Assembly (NCBI RefSeq): GCF_006345805.1
Contig: NC_042999.1
Location: 39,680,001 to 39,744,000 of the forward strand
Direction of reading: 5' to 3'
Length of the DNA stretch: 64,000 nt
Source of the DNA: Octopus sinensis
Lineage: Eukaryota
Shown piece by piece: positions 42,221 through 53,122 of this stretch. Position 1 is the first letter of the stretch. Every line of letters starts with the position of its first letter. The notes below the pieces were generated by a model. It worked only from the letters and a program-made list of their open reading frames with translations, had not been told where the DNA came from and searched no databases. The translations under genes were made by a program, and so were the position numbers.

Positions 42221-42288
42221 GAGAACACCGGGGCAATTTTAAGAGAGAACACCGGGGGACTTTTAAGAGAGAACACCGGGGGACTTTT
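42219..42288 (+). repeat. Three tandem 22-24-bp repeats (AAGAGAGAACACCGGGGGACTTTT) at the LINE 5' end
   Basis: Read directly. Confidence 0.9.
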
Positions 42289-44166
42289 AAGATGTAAGAA
42301 GGAAAATTCAGAGCTCCGAAATCTATCCAGAAACATCGAAAACAAGGACATCCTATGGAGCCAAAGTTTTACTAACAAAGAATTGGACTGTATCCGAGTA
42401 AGTAATACAAATTGAAATTTATTACTATTTTCGAAACGAAATGATGTATTTTGACTCGATATCATCTCCACCTCTAACGCAACACATGTAAACATGCGTG
42501 AAACATCACGATCATCTCCGACCCCAAACACCATGTACAAAGGAACTACGAAGAAATTAAATGCCACCGATACTATTCAACCCAAGAATAACAATCGAGC
42601 GGTACGTACATTAAACCTACAACAAAAAATGTACGAAAAACTACACGTGCGAAATAATGTGACAACAGAAATAAACGGACCGGTACCCTACGAAAATGAC
42701 GACCGTCAAAATAATGGGCCGAACGTTGTACCTCATGTCCCGCAAATAAAACCCAAAAGACGTAAATGGACACGTGAGGAATACATTTCTATCTTACACG
42801 CATACTTCACAGCAGTACTCTACCAAAAAATGAAAATACAACAACACATACATATAAAATATGGAAGGAAAATAATAGAGATTTAGACTTGGATACAGCA
42901 ATGAACCCTAATAAATTAGCTAACGTACGAAGATACATTCTCAACACAAAAAAAATATCAGAAATAGAAATAGAACACCTAAAAGAAAACATACACCAGG
43001 AAAATGTAGATAGAAGCCACACAACAATGCCCAATAATATAAACACTGAAACTGTAAAACACGAAGACAAACGCAACATTCCCAACAAACACGATGTAAA
43101 CAACGAAGGGGAGCCTAATGATTATGATAATATAAAAAATAAAATAATCAAAGAACTAAAAACCACAGAGCTCAAAATGGACCACCGACCATACCTCCCA
43201 AGAATAAAAATAAACGCAATAACAACACCAATTATAAACAACATAACCTAGCCATCACTGAACTAGCCACTGAAACAAAAAAAAGTGATATCACTGAACT
43301 AAATGACTTGATATACGCAGCAGCCACTGCAGCCACAAAAGAAGCTGGATACTCACCCAACCCGCCCAAACAGGAGTACCACCACCCAAACAAACCCTGT
43401 GGATAAATAACATCCAAAACAAAATAAAAAAAATTAGAAAAGACCTGTCGATTCTTAATGAAATCAGCAAACAAGCAACGCTACTGAGCAACAAAAAGAG
43501 AACAAAAATGCTCCGCAAATATAACACCACAGAAAAAGATTTGCCGGAGATAAAAGAAAAGCTGAAGCAAGATATCCTTGCCAAAGCTCAAAGGATCCGC
43601 CGGTACGAGAAACGCCAACGCTTCTTTGAACAGAACAAAAAGTTCAACTCCGACCCCAAAAAGTTCTACCAAGAACTGGGCAAAAATAAAATAGAAGTCA
43701 CTGCAGCACCAACGGCAGAAGAATTGGAAGAATTCTGGGAGAGAAATATGGTCGGCGAACGAACACCAAAAAAAAGGAGTATCAAAATAACAAACTCGGC
43801 ATCTGAACAAACTTGGACCCCCATAACAACTGAAGAGGTCACCCAGGCACTGCAAAGACTAAGCAACTGGAAGGCACCTGGGCATGACAAGATCCCCAAC
43901 TTCTGGTTGAAATATCTAACAGGAATGCACAAAAAGCTGGCTGAAAACTTTAACACGTACTAACAGAGCAGAGCCAGAGACAATGCCTGAATGGCTCACG
44001 AAGGGGAAAACCATCTTAATTCCCAAATCAAATGAAACAGAAAAACCAGAAAACTACAGACCAATAACCTGCCTCCCTACTATGTTCAAGGCATTACTGC
44101 AGTGATACCACAAAGGCTGAACAAGCACCTGGACGAAAACAAACTGTTCCCAGAAGAGCAGAAAGG

Positions 44167-44847
44167 ATGCCGCAAAGGCTATATGGCTGTAAAGATCAAC
44201 TAATGATTAATAAAGCCATAACTGAAGACAGCCACAGAAAGAAGAAAGGCCTCAGTATGGCCTGGATTGACTACAAAAAGGCGTTTGATAGTCTCCCCCA
44301 CACATGGATCCTCGAAACACTAGCCATTAACAAAGTAGCACCAACAATCATAAAATTCATAGAGCACTCTATGAATAAATGGCAAACAGTCCTACACCTC
44401 CAAACAAAAGTGGGACTCATGAAAACCAAAGACATCCCCATTAGAAGAGGAATATTCCAGGGAGATACGCTCTCTCCACTCCTTTTCTGCTTGGCACTGT
44501 CACCTCTATCTGATATGCTAAATAGAACTGGATGCGGATATAAATGTTACGGCAAAACGATCAGCCACCTTTTATATATGGATGACCTAAAACTATACGC
44601 TGCAAATGACAAACAGCTGGAAACACTATTAAAGACAGTTCATGGATTTACCAAAGAAATAGATATGAAATTTGGATTAGAAAAGTGCGCCAAAGTAACC
44701 ATGAAAAGAGGAAAACTAGTTAAGAGTAACAACATCACACTAGATGAAGCCAATGAAATAAAAGAATTAGACCAAAGCCAAACTTACAAATACTTAGGAA
44801 TCCATGAACTAGATAAGACACAACACACACAAATGAAGAGAAAATAA
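44167..44847 (+). CDS. Reverse transcriptase core fragment of the R4/Dong LINE
   Basis: DYKKAFDS, QGDTLSP and YMDD motifs. Confidence 0.9.
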   Translation: MPQRLYGCKDQLMINKAITEDSHRKKKGLSMAWIDYKKAFDSLPHTWILETLAINKVAPTIIKFIEHSMNKWQTVLHLQTKVGLMKTKDIPIRRGIFQGDTLSPLLFCLALSPLSDMLNRTGCGYKCYGKTISHLLYMDDLKLYAANDKQLETLLKTVHGFTKEIDMKFGLEKCAKVTMKRGKLVKSNNITLDEANEIKELDQSQTYKYLGIHELDKTQHTQMKRK

Positions 44848-45014
44848 AAAGAATATTATAGACGAGTTAGATCAATACTAAACACAGAGCTCAATGCTAA
44901 AAACAAGATAATAGGTATCAACACTTTAGCTGTCCCAGTTATAAGTTACAGCTACAATATCCTTAACTGGACACGAAATGAACTGACCAAAATAGACAGG
45001 AAAACAAGAAAAAA

Positions 45015-46070
45015 ATGACAGGATCTAGGATGCATCACCCAAAATCTGACATAGAAAGACTATATATACAACAATATATAGAAGGTGGTAGAGGCCTTAT
45101 ACAGCTGGAAAACTACTATAAAATAACCACCATAGGACTGCAAAAATATCTACTTCAGAAGGAAGGAAAACTGATCCAGATAGCGGCAAAACACGAGCCA
45201 AAACAAAAACTGTTCTCAGTATTTAAGGAAGCTGACAAATACAAACAAGAAATCATACCACCTAATAAACATGAAGAAGAAGAAGAAGATGAAGAAACAA
45301 CAAAAGCTATAAAACAAATGAAATCCAAACTAAAAATAGAACAGCAACGAACCATGATAAAACGATGGCAAGAAAAGCCCCTTCATGGTAAATACTGGAC
45401 TAAACTAAACGCAAAAGAAATAGACAAAGAAAAATCCCAGCAATGGTTGAGAAGCTCAGGACTCAAAGCAGAGACAGAGGGATTTTTAATTGCAGCACAA
45501 GACCAAAGCCTCCCCACCAGAAATTACCAAAAACATGTAATGAAAAGAAATATTACAAGTAACTGCAGAATATGTGGAGATGGACAAGAAACAATAAGTC
45601 ATATTATCTCTAGCTGCCCAGTCCTGGCTAAGAAGGAATATATTCACAGACACGACAGAGTTGGAACTTACATACATTGGAAGCTATGCCAACATTATGG
45701 AATAACAACAGAAAAAAGATGGTATAGGCACACACCAGAAAAGGTCACAGAAAACGAGAAAGCAACCATACTCTGGGATATGCCGATACACACAGATAGA
45801 GAATTTAAGGCCAACAGACCAGATATAGTTGTCAGAGACCATGAAGACAAAAAATGCTTTCTAATTGATGTATCAGTACCGGCAGATGACAACGTGTCTC
45901 TAAAAGAAATGGAGAAACTCTCAAAATACAAAGACCTGGAAATAGAGGTAACTAGAATGTGGAATCTGAAAACAGAAACAATTCCTATCATAGTAGGTGC
46001 AATTAGGCATGATAAAAAAATATTCAGACAAATACATAACAAAAACACCAGGACTTACAAACACATATAA
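45015..46070 (+). CDS. Thumb, CCHC zinc knuckle and PD-(D/E)xK restriction-like endonuclease fragment of the R4/Dong LINE
   Basis: HPKSDIERLY...GGRGL, KPLHG, AAQDQSL, CX2CX7HX4C, RHD and RPDIV...IDVSVP...K motifs. Confidence 0.9.
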   Translation: MTGSRMHHPKSDIERLYIQQYIEGGRGLIQLENYYKITTIGLQKYLLQKEGKLIQIAAKHEPKQKLFSVFKEADKYKQEIIPPNKHEEEEEDEETTKAIKQMKSKLKIEQQRTMIKRWQEKPLHGKYWTKLNAKEIDKEKSQQWLRSSGLKAETEGFLIAAQDQSLPTRNYQKHVMKRNITSNCRICGDGQETISHIISSCPVLAKKEYIHRHDRVGTYIHWKLCQHYGITTEKRWYRHTPEKVTENEKATILWDMPIHTDREFKANRPDIVVRDHEDKKCFLIDVSVPADDNVSLKEMEKLSKYKDLEIEVTRMWNLKTETIPIIVGAIRHDKKIFRQIHNKNTRTYKHI

Positions 46071-46256
46071 CATACAGAAAATTGCACTACTAGGCACTGC
46101 ACACATCCTACGCAGAACACTTTCCATACAATAACCATCAGAGCATCACAACAAATCACAGCACATACCCAAGGCACACAGAGCTGCGCTCGGTAGTGAA
46201 GTGAAAGCACGCTATAAAAATAAAAATAAAACTATTGAATAATAATAATAATAATA

Positions 46257-46626
46257 TGCTTTCTAATTGATGTATCAATACCGGCTGATGACAACGTGTC
46301 TCTAAAAGAAATGGAGACAACTCTCAAAATACAAAGACCTGGAAATAGAGGTAATTAGAATGTGGAATCTGAAAACAGAAACATTCCTATCATAGTAGGT
46401 GCATTAGGCATGATAAAAAAATATTCAGACAAATACATAACAAAAACACCAGGACTTACAAACACATATAACATACAGAAAATTGCACTACTAGGCACTG
46501 CACACATCCTACGCAGAAACTTTCCATACAATAACCATCAGAAGCATCACAACAATCACAGCACATACCCAGGCACACAGAGCTGTGCTCGGTAGTGAAT
46601 GAAAGCACGCTATAAAAATAAAACTA

Positions 46627-46629
<3 letters not shown>
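46257..46629 (+). mobile_element. 5'-truncated second copy of the same R4/Dong LINE, in tandem in the (AAT)n tail of the first
   Basis: Near-identical to ~45854-46237 and ends ACTACTG|AATAAT. Confidence 0.92.
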
Positions 46630-46675
<46 letters not shown>

Positions 46676-46710
46676 TAATAATAATAATAATATAATAATA
46701 ATAATAATAA

Positions 46711-47258
46711 AAAATGCCCTGATGCAGTACCAGGCAATGGCTCTCATGGCTTCTGATCTTAACTGATTGGAAGTGTTATCATGTACATTGTTTTGTCTTG
46801 GTATAAAAGATGGGCTACAGCAAATATTCTGCTCAATACCACAGATTTGCTTGTCAGTTGTTTGACCTTAACCGGTTGAGCATGTCCCTTAGTGGCTGAC
46901 GATATGTGCATCTCTGATCACGATCAGAAGTAGTGGGGGAGCATCATGGCCATGTGTTGAGGGGGATTCTTTGGGGTTTGAATAATTCACCTCTGGAAAC
47001 AAGGGTGGTTCTTTCAACATCCTTAAACAAGGACCTTTTGAGCGGGATGGGCTACTCAACCTGAAGAGAATTCTAACTGGGCCCCACCTGCAAGGTCATG
47101 TGCTGTTTATCTTGATACGAGATCACCATGTCGCGCACATATGGTTGTGATGCATGTGCCTGGTGTACCTTTATCAGACGGGTAGTCATGATGGGTATAT
47201 TGGGCTTCGTATATTTTACCCCAGTGTCACTTTGATGGCATGCACTGCTCTTTCACTC
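46711..47258 (+). mobile_element. Unassigned ~550-bp non-coding interspersed repeat flanked by (AAT)n (longest copy)
   Basis: High similarity to 3892-4413 and 38866-39002. All end ...CACTC|AATAATAAT. Confidence 0.85.
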
Positions 47259-49605
47259 AATAATAATAATAATAATAATAATCTCTGATTTTATTGTTTT
47301 TAATCTGCAACTAATGATAGACAGCAGACGGTGAATTTGACATATTTGAGGCAGAGATTTGAAATTTAATATCTATAATATTTCAAAGACATTTTTGTTT
47401 TAAAATTCATATTTACAGTATTCCACAAATTTGAATTATTCGGAAGTTGACATATTTTTAATTGTCAGAGATGAATTATGGCCTTTAATGAGTTAAGTAC
47501 CTTTGTTGTCCTTAGTGGATATACATATGTTTAAAAAACATCTTTTTATTTCTAGCTCAGTTTTACATCTCACCGAGGAAATCTAAAGCAATTAGTTTTC
47601 TTTACATATATATAAACGTCATGAAAGTGGTATTAAAGTAAATCAAAGAGTTAATTGTAACTCATATAGGTGAAGCTTGAATGATATTTCAATGAATATT
47701 TTCAGTGATGAAGTGGCCGCAGCAAAGGTACATGTACTCTTGTATGTGATTAGTAGTATGTTTTGCATTGTATATATTTCCTTTTCTTTATTTCCACGAA
47801 ATATCATGGACCGCTAGAAACTCAGAGCTAGAGGGATTCTTTTATTTAGAAATATCCCTCAGTTCGTATTTTGAAATTCTTGTGTATATTCGAGAAATTA
47901 CATTTGATTTAATGTGTAGTGGATTTTTCTCTATTGTATTATACGTGTTTGGATATTCAGAGGAAAATGCCATAATGCAAGAATATATAACACATGTCAA
48001 AACTTCTTTATATTTTCATATACATTAAATGCAATAAATCTACGCGGATGTTTCAGTAGGCTGGCTAATTGTGTGCTTCCTCGTAGTTGTGTTTGCTTAA
48101 TTGTGCAATGATTTTTATTTTGAACCAGGAGATTAATTTTTAAACTGACGTCATTGTTGCTGGAAATGTAGGAAGTGATAGGCACCTTACGCTGTTTATT
48201 CAGTGATTACTCGTCAACAGTTGTTTGTTTTCCATTTAAAAGCGCCAGCGCCTCCACTGTTCAATCATTTACACATCAAACCTATAACACTTATTTTTAA
48301 ATACGCTAATAATCACACTCATTTAAAAAATCAGAAGCACGAACATACGCATAAATACGTAGGTATAAGTTGATTACAAACTATATTAATTCTGAATCGC
48401 CTTCGTGTATGCTGTTGATAATTCTTTTTTTTATGATGTGTTAGTAATTATGTAGATAATTTGTTTAATATTCGTATTAATACAGCGATATTTAAAAAAG
48501 AAAATAGCTTAATGAGAATAAAACACTCTACCTAACATGAAGGTATAAACAACTTTCAGGAAAGTAATTATTTAACGGATTCATTTTTACTGATTACCAC
48601 GTAGAAATGATTTACTTAAATAGATTCCAATGGGTGAGGTGTAGAGCAACCGTTTTGATTTAGAAAACTAGTGAATGAAACTTTCATTTCAATTAACACA
48701 CAGCATTACATTATATTATAGATACATATACATATAAATATACATACATGCATTATATATATATATATATCATACATACAGAAGACATAAGCAATAGTTT
48801 CATTCGAAATATATCCTCCGAAGATTTACAAAACGAAATCGACCTCTACTAAAATTTATACAAAAATTTTTGTGAAATTCTATGCAAGTAAATTATATAA
48901 ATTATACACTTCTTTGAATGTTTAAACTTTGTTGAGTCGAAATAACGGTAGCGTTAATGTGTAGCCTGGAGGCTTGTTCTAATGAATATTTTACTAATAT
49001 GAAAACAAGTGGAAAGTACGATGCCAGAAACAAAATGACTAATTACTAATTATTAAACTTGAAATACATGTTAAAAAAATTTATGCATAGCTATGATATA
49101 TATTTATACATATACATGTATATATACGCACATACAGGCACACATACAAATACACACACACGCACATACACACACACACACATATATACATACATATGTA
49201 CGTATATATGTATATGCATGTGTGCGTACGTATTTATGCATGTCATGTGTGTATATATATATGTGTGTGGAGGGTGAGTCAATCATCGCTTCATATGTAA
49301 CAGCATGAATATATACATATATAAATATGTGTCTGTCTGTGGTTGTCTGCAAGCGTTCATACAAGCAATCGCAAACACTCGCTTGCTGCTCATTTATACA
49401 TAGAAACATTCACATATACACACCGTATATACAGACCGATATAGAAGCATAATGTTATAAACTGACCCGATGCAACTATGTCTGTAAAGATTCTACAGTT
49501 TATAGAATGTAACGAAAATTATAATTTACATATATATTCATGCACATATACATATACAAATACGCGTGAATATATATATGTATGCATATACATATATATA
49601 TACAC

Positions 49606-49683
<78 letters not shown>

Positions 49684-49776
49684 TATACATACATATATGT
49701 ATATATATACCTACATATATAGGTATGTTTAAATATATATATGTGTGTATATAGACGTACATATATTATATTGGAA

Positions 49777-49843
<67 letters not shown>

Positions 49844-50113
49844 TGGTAAAAACGGTAAGATAACAAGAGAAAAATATTATGTAAATAGAGGAATTTATCT
49901 GTAAATATATGTGACAACAATTCGGTAGCCAAGATAAAACTCTGTTACCCGCCCACATGAATACGTATGAATAGGCGCGCTTACGCGTTTACTATGAACT
50001 TTTAACCTTATCTTAATTAGCGTTCATTCGAATTAGCCCTTTTGTATAAATAGCTGTCTATAACACAGTAATTTCCCTTTGTTTAACGGTCTTTTTTCAT
50101 AGCGTTTTTCAGA

Positions 50114-50187
50114 TAGCCGGATAACTGAAGTGACGGTGGTGTGGATTTCCACCTCGACATCCGAAACTCAGAGTTTTATCTTGGCTA
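50114..50187 (+). ncRNA. Type I hammerhead-ribozyme-like motif, degenerate
   Basis: Stem I TAGCCGGATAA/TTATCT(T)GGCTA, CTGAAG (A9 missing), imperfect stem II, CGAAAC, stem III ACTC-A-GAGT, GUU triplet. Confidence 0.5.
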
Positions 50188-50271
50188 CCGAATAATTGCC
50201 ACATATCATATTTACACACACACACACACACACCACACACACACACACCACACACACACACACACACACAC

Positions 50272-50309
<38 letters not shown>

Positions 50310-50321
50310 CATATATAATAT

Positions 50322-50379
<58 letters not shown>

Positions 50380-50380
50380 T

Positions 50381-52465
50381 CGTGGTGGCGAGAATACGAC
50401 ACCCTCTGACGAGAATAGGCGGAACCACTACATCTAAATAGTAGTCTGTAGTTTGTAATTTACTCTATTCTCATTCCCGGCAGGTCAATAGACGACAATC
50501 TGCACCTCATACACTATACCTTAGAGCGTGTGGGTAAGCTCCTGTTAAGATGCTAGTGGTCTGGTTTGGTACACATCTGCAGATGGAGAAGAATTGGGGT
50601 GAGGCAATAAGCAAGGTATCTACCTTAACCAAGGTCTGGTCTGGGAGGACGGTATCACTGCTTGGAAATGCGGAGTTAACGCGGGTGTTTGACCGTCGTG
50701 CCATGTACTGATTCGTTGCTGAGCAAGTTGGGGCGACTCTTCTTCCGATTTTTGTGGATGGGTAGTCCACTTGTAAGGCGCTCTATCTGCTGTCAAAACT
50801 GATGATGCGCAAGTTTGCACTGAGGCTTAGGCACCTCTGGCGTCACCTGGATGGCTGTTCGAGAGAGGCTATCGAGGTATCGTTATGCCATCCCACCGAC
50901 ATGCCACAGGTGCGGGTGCGACAGTGAAACTGTCCTGCATGCCTCCCTGCAATGTGCAGAGATAAAGGGATTGATAGCCCAAGTCGAACAGTTGTCGACG
51001 ACAGGAAGAGTACAGTTATCGGCTGAATCGATAATCAAGATTGTTCCTCCCTCTTCTCTTTCATAGGGAGAGAAAGGACAGTTTTTTCTGCATAGTGGCC
51101 ATACTGAAAGAAACAGCATGAAGGACAAGGGTGGCAGGCATCGCGACAGGTACTTTTTTTATTTCCAGCCGAGGTCTAGTAAACTCTTTTAACTATCACC
51201 TCAGAAGTAAGATCAGGCTTGAAAAGAGATACCTGTCGCAGAGTATGTTTCGAAAGAGATGACTGAATGCGGCAAGAAAGATGAGGATGGATAGAGCCGG
51301 CTGAGCCCAGCCATCCAACCTGGAAAAAGGGAGTGTTGGTTAACGGCGGTGGGATTATTAGCCCCGGCAACTTATTTATTTTTATCCGACTTTATTTATT
51401 CAAAATCTTTAACATTACATATTTCTTTGCAATAATTAACGGAAAAAACATACTTATGTTTGACTGTCCTCGTGTTGCTCTCTCTATGTTCCGTCCTGTG
51501 TAGCGAATAAAGAAAACGTTTGAAGTTTGGTCCTGGAAGTCCAGGTACAGTTTACAGGTCGAAATATTGATTGTTGGTTCGTAAAAAGATTCTTGGTTGG
51601 TTGTGTGTTTCTTACTGCAGCTGTTTCTATTTTGTATTCTTATAACACTCTTACAGTGTCTTATTTTTCTATCGTCAACAATATCAATCGTACTACGATA
51701 TTGGAGGCGTAAGAATATTACACCGGGCAACAAGGATTTTTCGAAGCTCGCGTAGGCTATTTGATAATTTGTGCGTCATACAAATTGTTAAATTATGTAG
51801 AATCTATTAGGTTCAGTAATAGAGCTTCAAGAGAAGCAAGTTGAACAACTACAGGTGTTACAGAAGCAAATATTACAACAAGAGTTAATTGAGTTACACT
51901 CAGGTCGCTCTTGGCCGCTACTGGTAACATATAACGCAGTGCAACCTACTGCATGCACCGGGACAGAGGTTGCGTGCTCACCAGCAAGTGTACTACCAAT
52001 ATAATAGCGGTCATGTCACTTGAAAAGGCCGATATAGTGTAAAAATTCAAATTCCTATTTTCAAATTGCAAACCGAACACCATGAGATAAGTTCCAAGCG
52101 AAAAAGATACCAAAAAAAAATAATAAATAATTTTTATTTATTCCTTCTGTACTCGAAATCTCAAGAGGGGTAAAGTTGTAGCTTGACTACGACACCCTCT
52201 CACGACAATAGACTGGATCATTACATAAGTAGCAGCGGCCTCACGTTGTTAGCAGTTTATAGTTTGGTCTTCGATGTCCAGGTACATTTTACAGTTCAAG
52301 TTAGCCTGTTGAAAATGTTGATTGCTGGTTCGTAAAAGTTAGTTGGTTCGTTACGTGTTTGTTACTGCCGTGGCTTATACTTTGTATTGCTATATCAGTG
52401 TTACAGTGTGTTCTTTATCTATCGTCGACAATATCAACCGCACTACGATATTGGAGGTGCAAGGA
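50381..52465 (+). mobile_element. Highly deleted LTR-retrotransposon remnant; left LTR split by the Tx1-like fragment
   Basis: Diverged ~200-bp direct repeats (51520-51712 and 52258-52465) and a shared TACGACACCCTCT start (~50395, ~52188). Purine tract 52163-52175 precedes TGTAGC. TGGAGG PBS-like motifs at 51702 and 52452. Short Q-rich coiled-coil peptide at ~51810-51900. Confidence 0.45.
50465..51370 (+). pseudogene. L1/Tx1-like LINE remnant
   Basis: IPGRSIDDNLHLI and CHRCGCDSETVLHASLQC zinc knuckle. Confidence 0.65.
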
Positions 52466-52504
52466 TATAACTTATATGTATATATATTATTTTATACTTT
52501 TGCA

Positions 52505-52783
52505 CTCTTTCATTGATTTCACGGCAGCTATGCTGAAGCACTGCCTTTACTCGAAAAAATCGACCCCAAGACTTCTACGTTGTAAGCCTAGTACTTATCC
52601 TACCGACCTCTTTTGCAGGATCGCTAAGTTACGCCGACGCAAATGCACCAACATTAGTTGTTAAGTGACGGTGGGTGAACAAACACAGACACACACACAT
52701 ACATATATATATATATATTATATGTATATATATATGTATATATATAGGTATTATATATATGTATATATATATATATTATATAT

Positions 52784-52817
<34 letters not shown>

Positions 52818-52978
52818 AACGGCGTGCTTCTTTCAGTTTCCATTTACCAAACCACTTACAAGGCCTGGTCGATCCGAAACTATAGTAGGGCCTCTACTCA
52901 AGGTATCACGCAGTGGGACTGAACATGAACCATACAGTTGGGAAGGAAGTTTGATACTACTCAGCCAGGCCTGCCCCT
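52505..52978 (-). mobile_element. tRNA-derived SINE (family 1)
   Basis: Reverse-complement match to the family 1 head, linker and body. Confidence 0.75.
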
Positions 52979-53122
52979 TATATATATATATATATATATA
53001 CTAGCAGCATAGCCCGGCGTTGCCCGGGTATGTAAGAGCCCCTAGTAGGCAACGACTAATCCCAATGTAGTCCTTTCCCTCCAGGGAACGAAGGTGCATG
53101 TGGACGTTGCAATGTCTTGTCT

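Larger units (their letters stand above)
42219..46237 (+). mobile_element. Full-length R4/Dong-clade non-LTR retrotransposon (RT + restriction-like endonuclease), frameshifted, inserted in (AAT)n
   Basis: Consecutive ORF pieces give RRKWTREEY (Myb-like), WKAPGHDKIPNFW, AWIDYKKAFDSLPH, GIFQGDTLSPLLF, LLYMDDLKLY, CRICGDGQETISHIISSC, RHD and NRPDIVVRD...LIDVSVP...KYKDLEIE. (AAT)n lies on both flanks. Confidence 0.93.

Noticed and set aside
42219-42288. CRISPR-like reading of the 24-bp repeats (also the 19-bp repeats at 5523)
   Set aside because: The repeats are contiguous with no spacers, no cas genes are present, and the context is eukaryotic.
47706-47727. Possible 22-nt plus-strand micro-exon (DEVAAAK)
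   Set aside because: No partner exons were identified and chance occurrence is likely.
50406-50426. CTGACGA...GGAAC hammerhead-like core
   Set aside because: No GAAA, no stem I or III pairing, and it lies in the LTR-like repeat.
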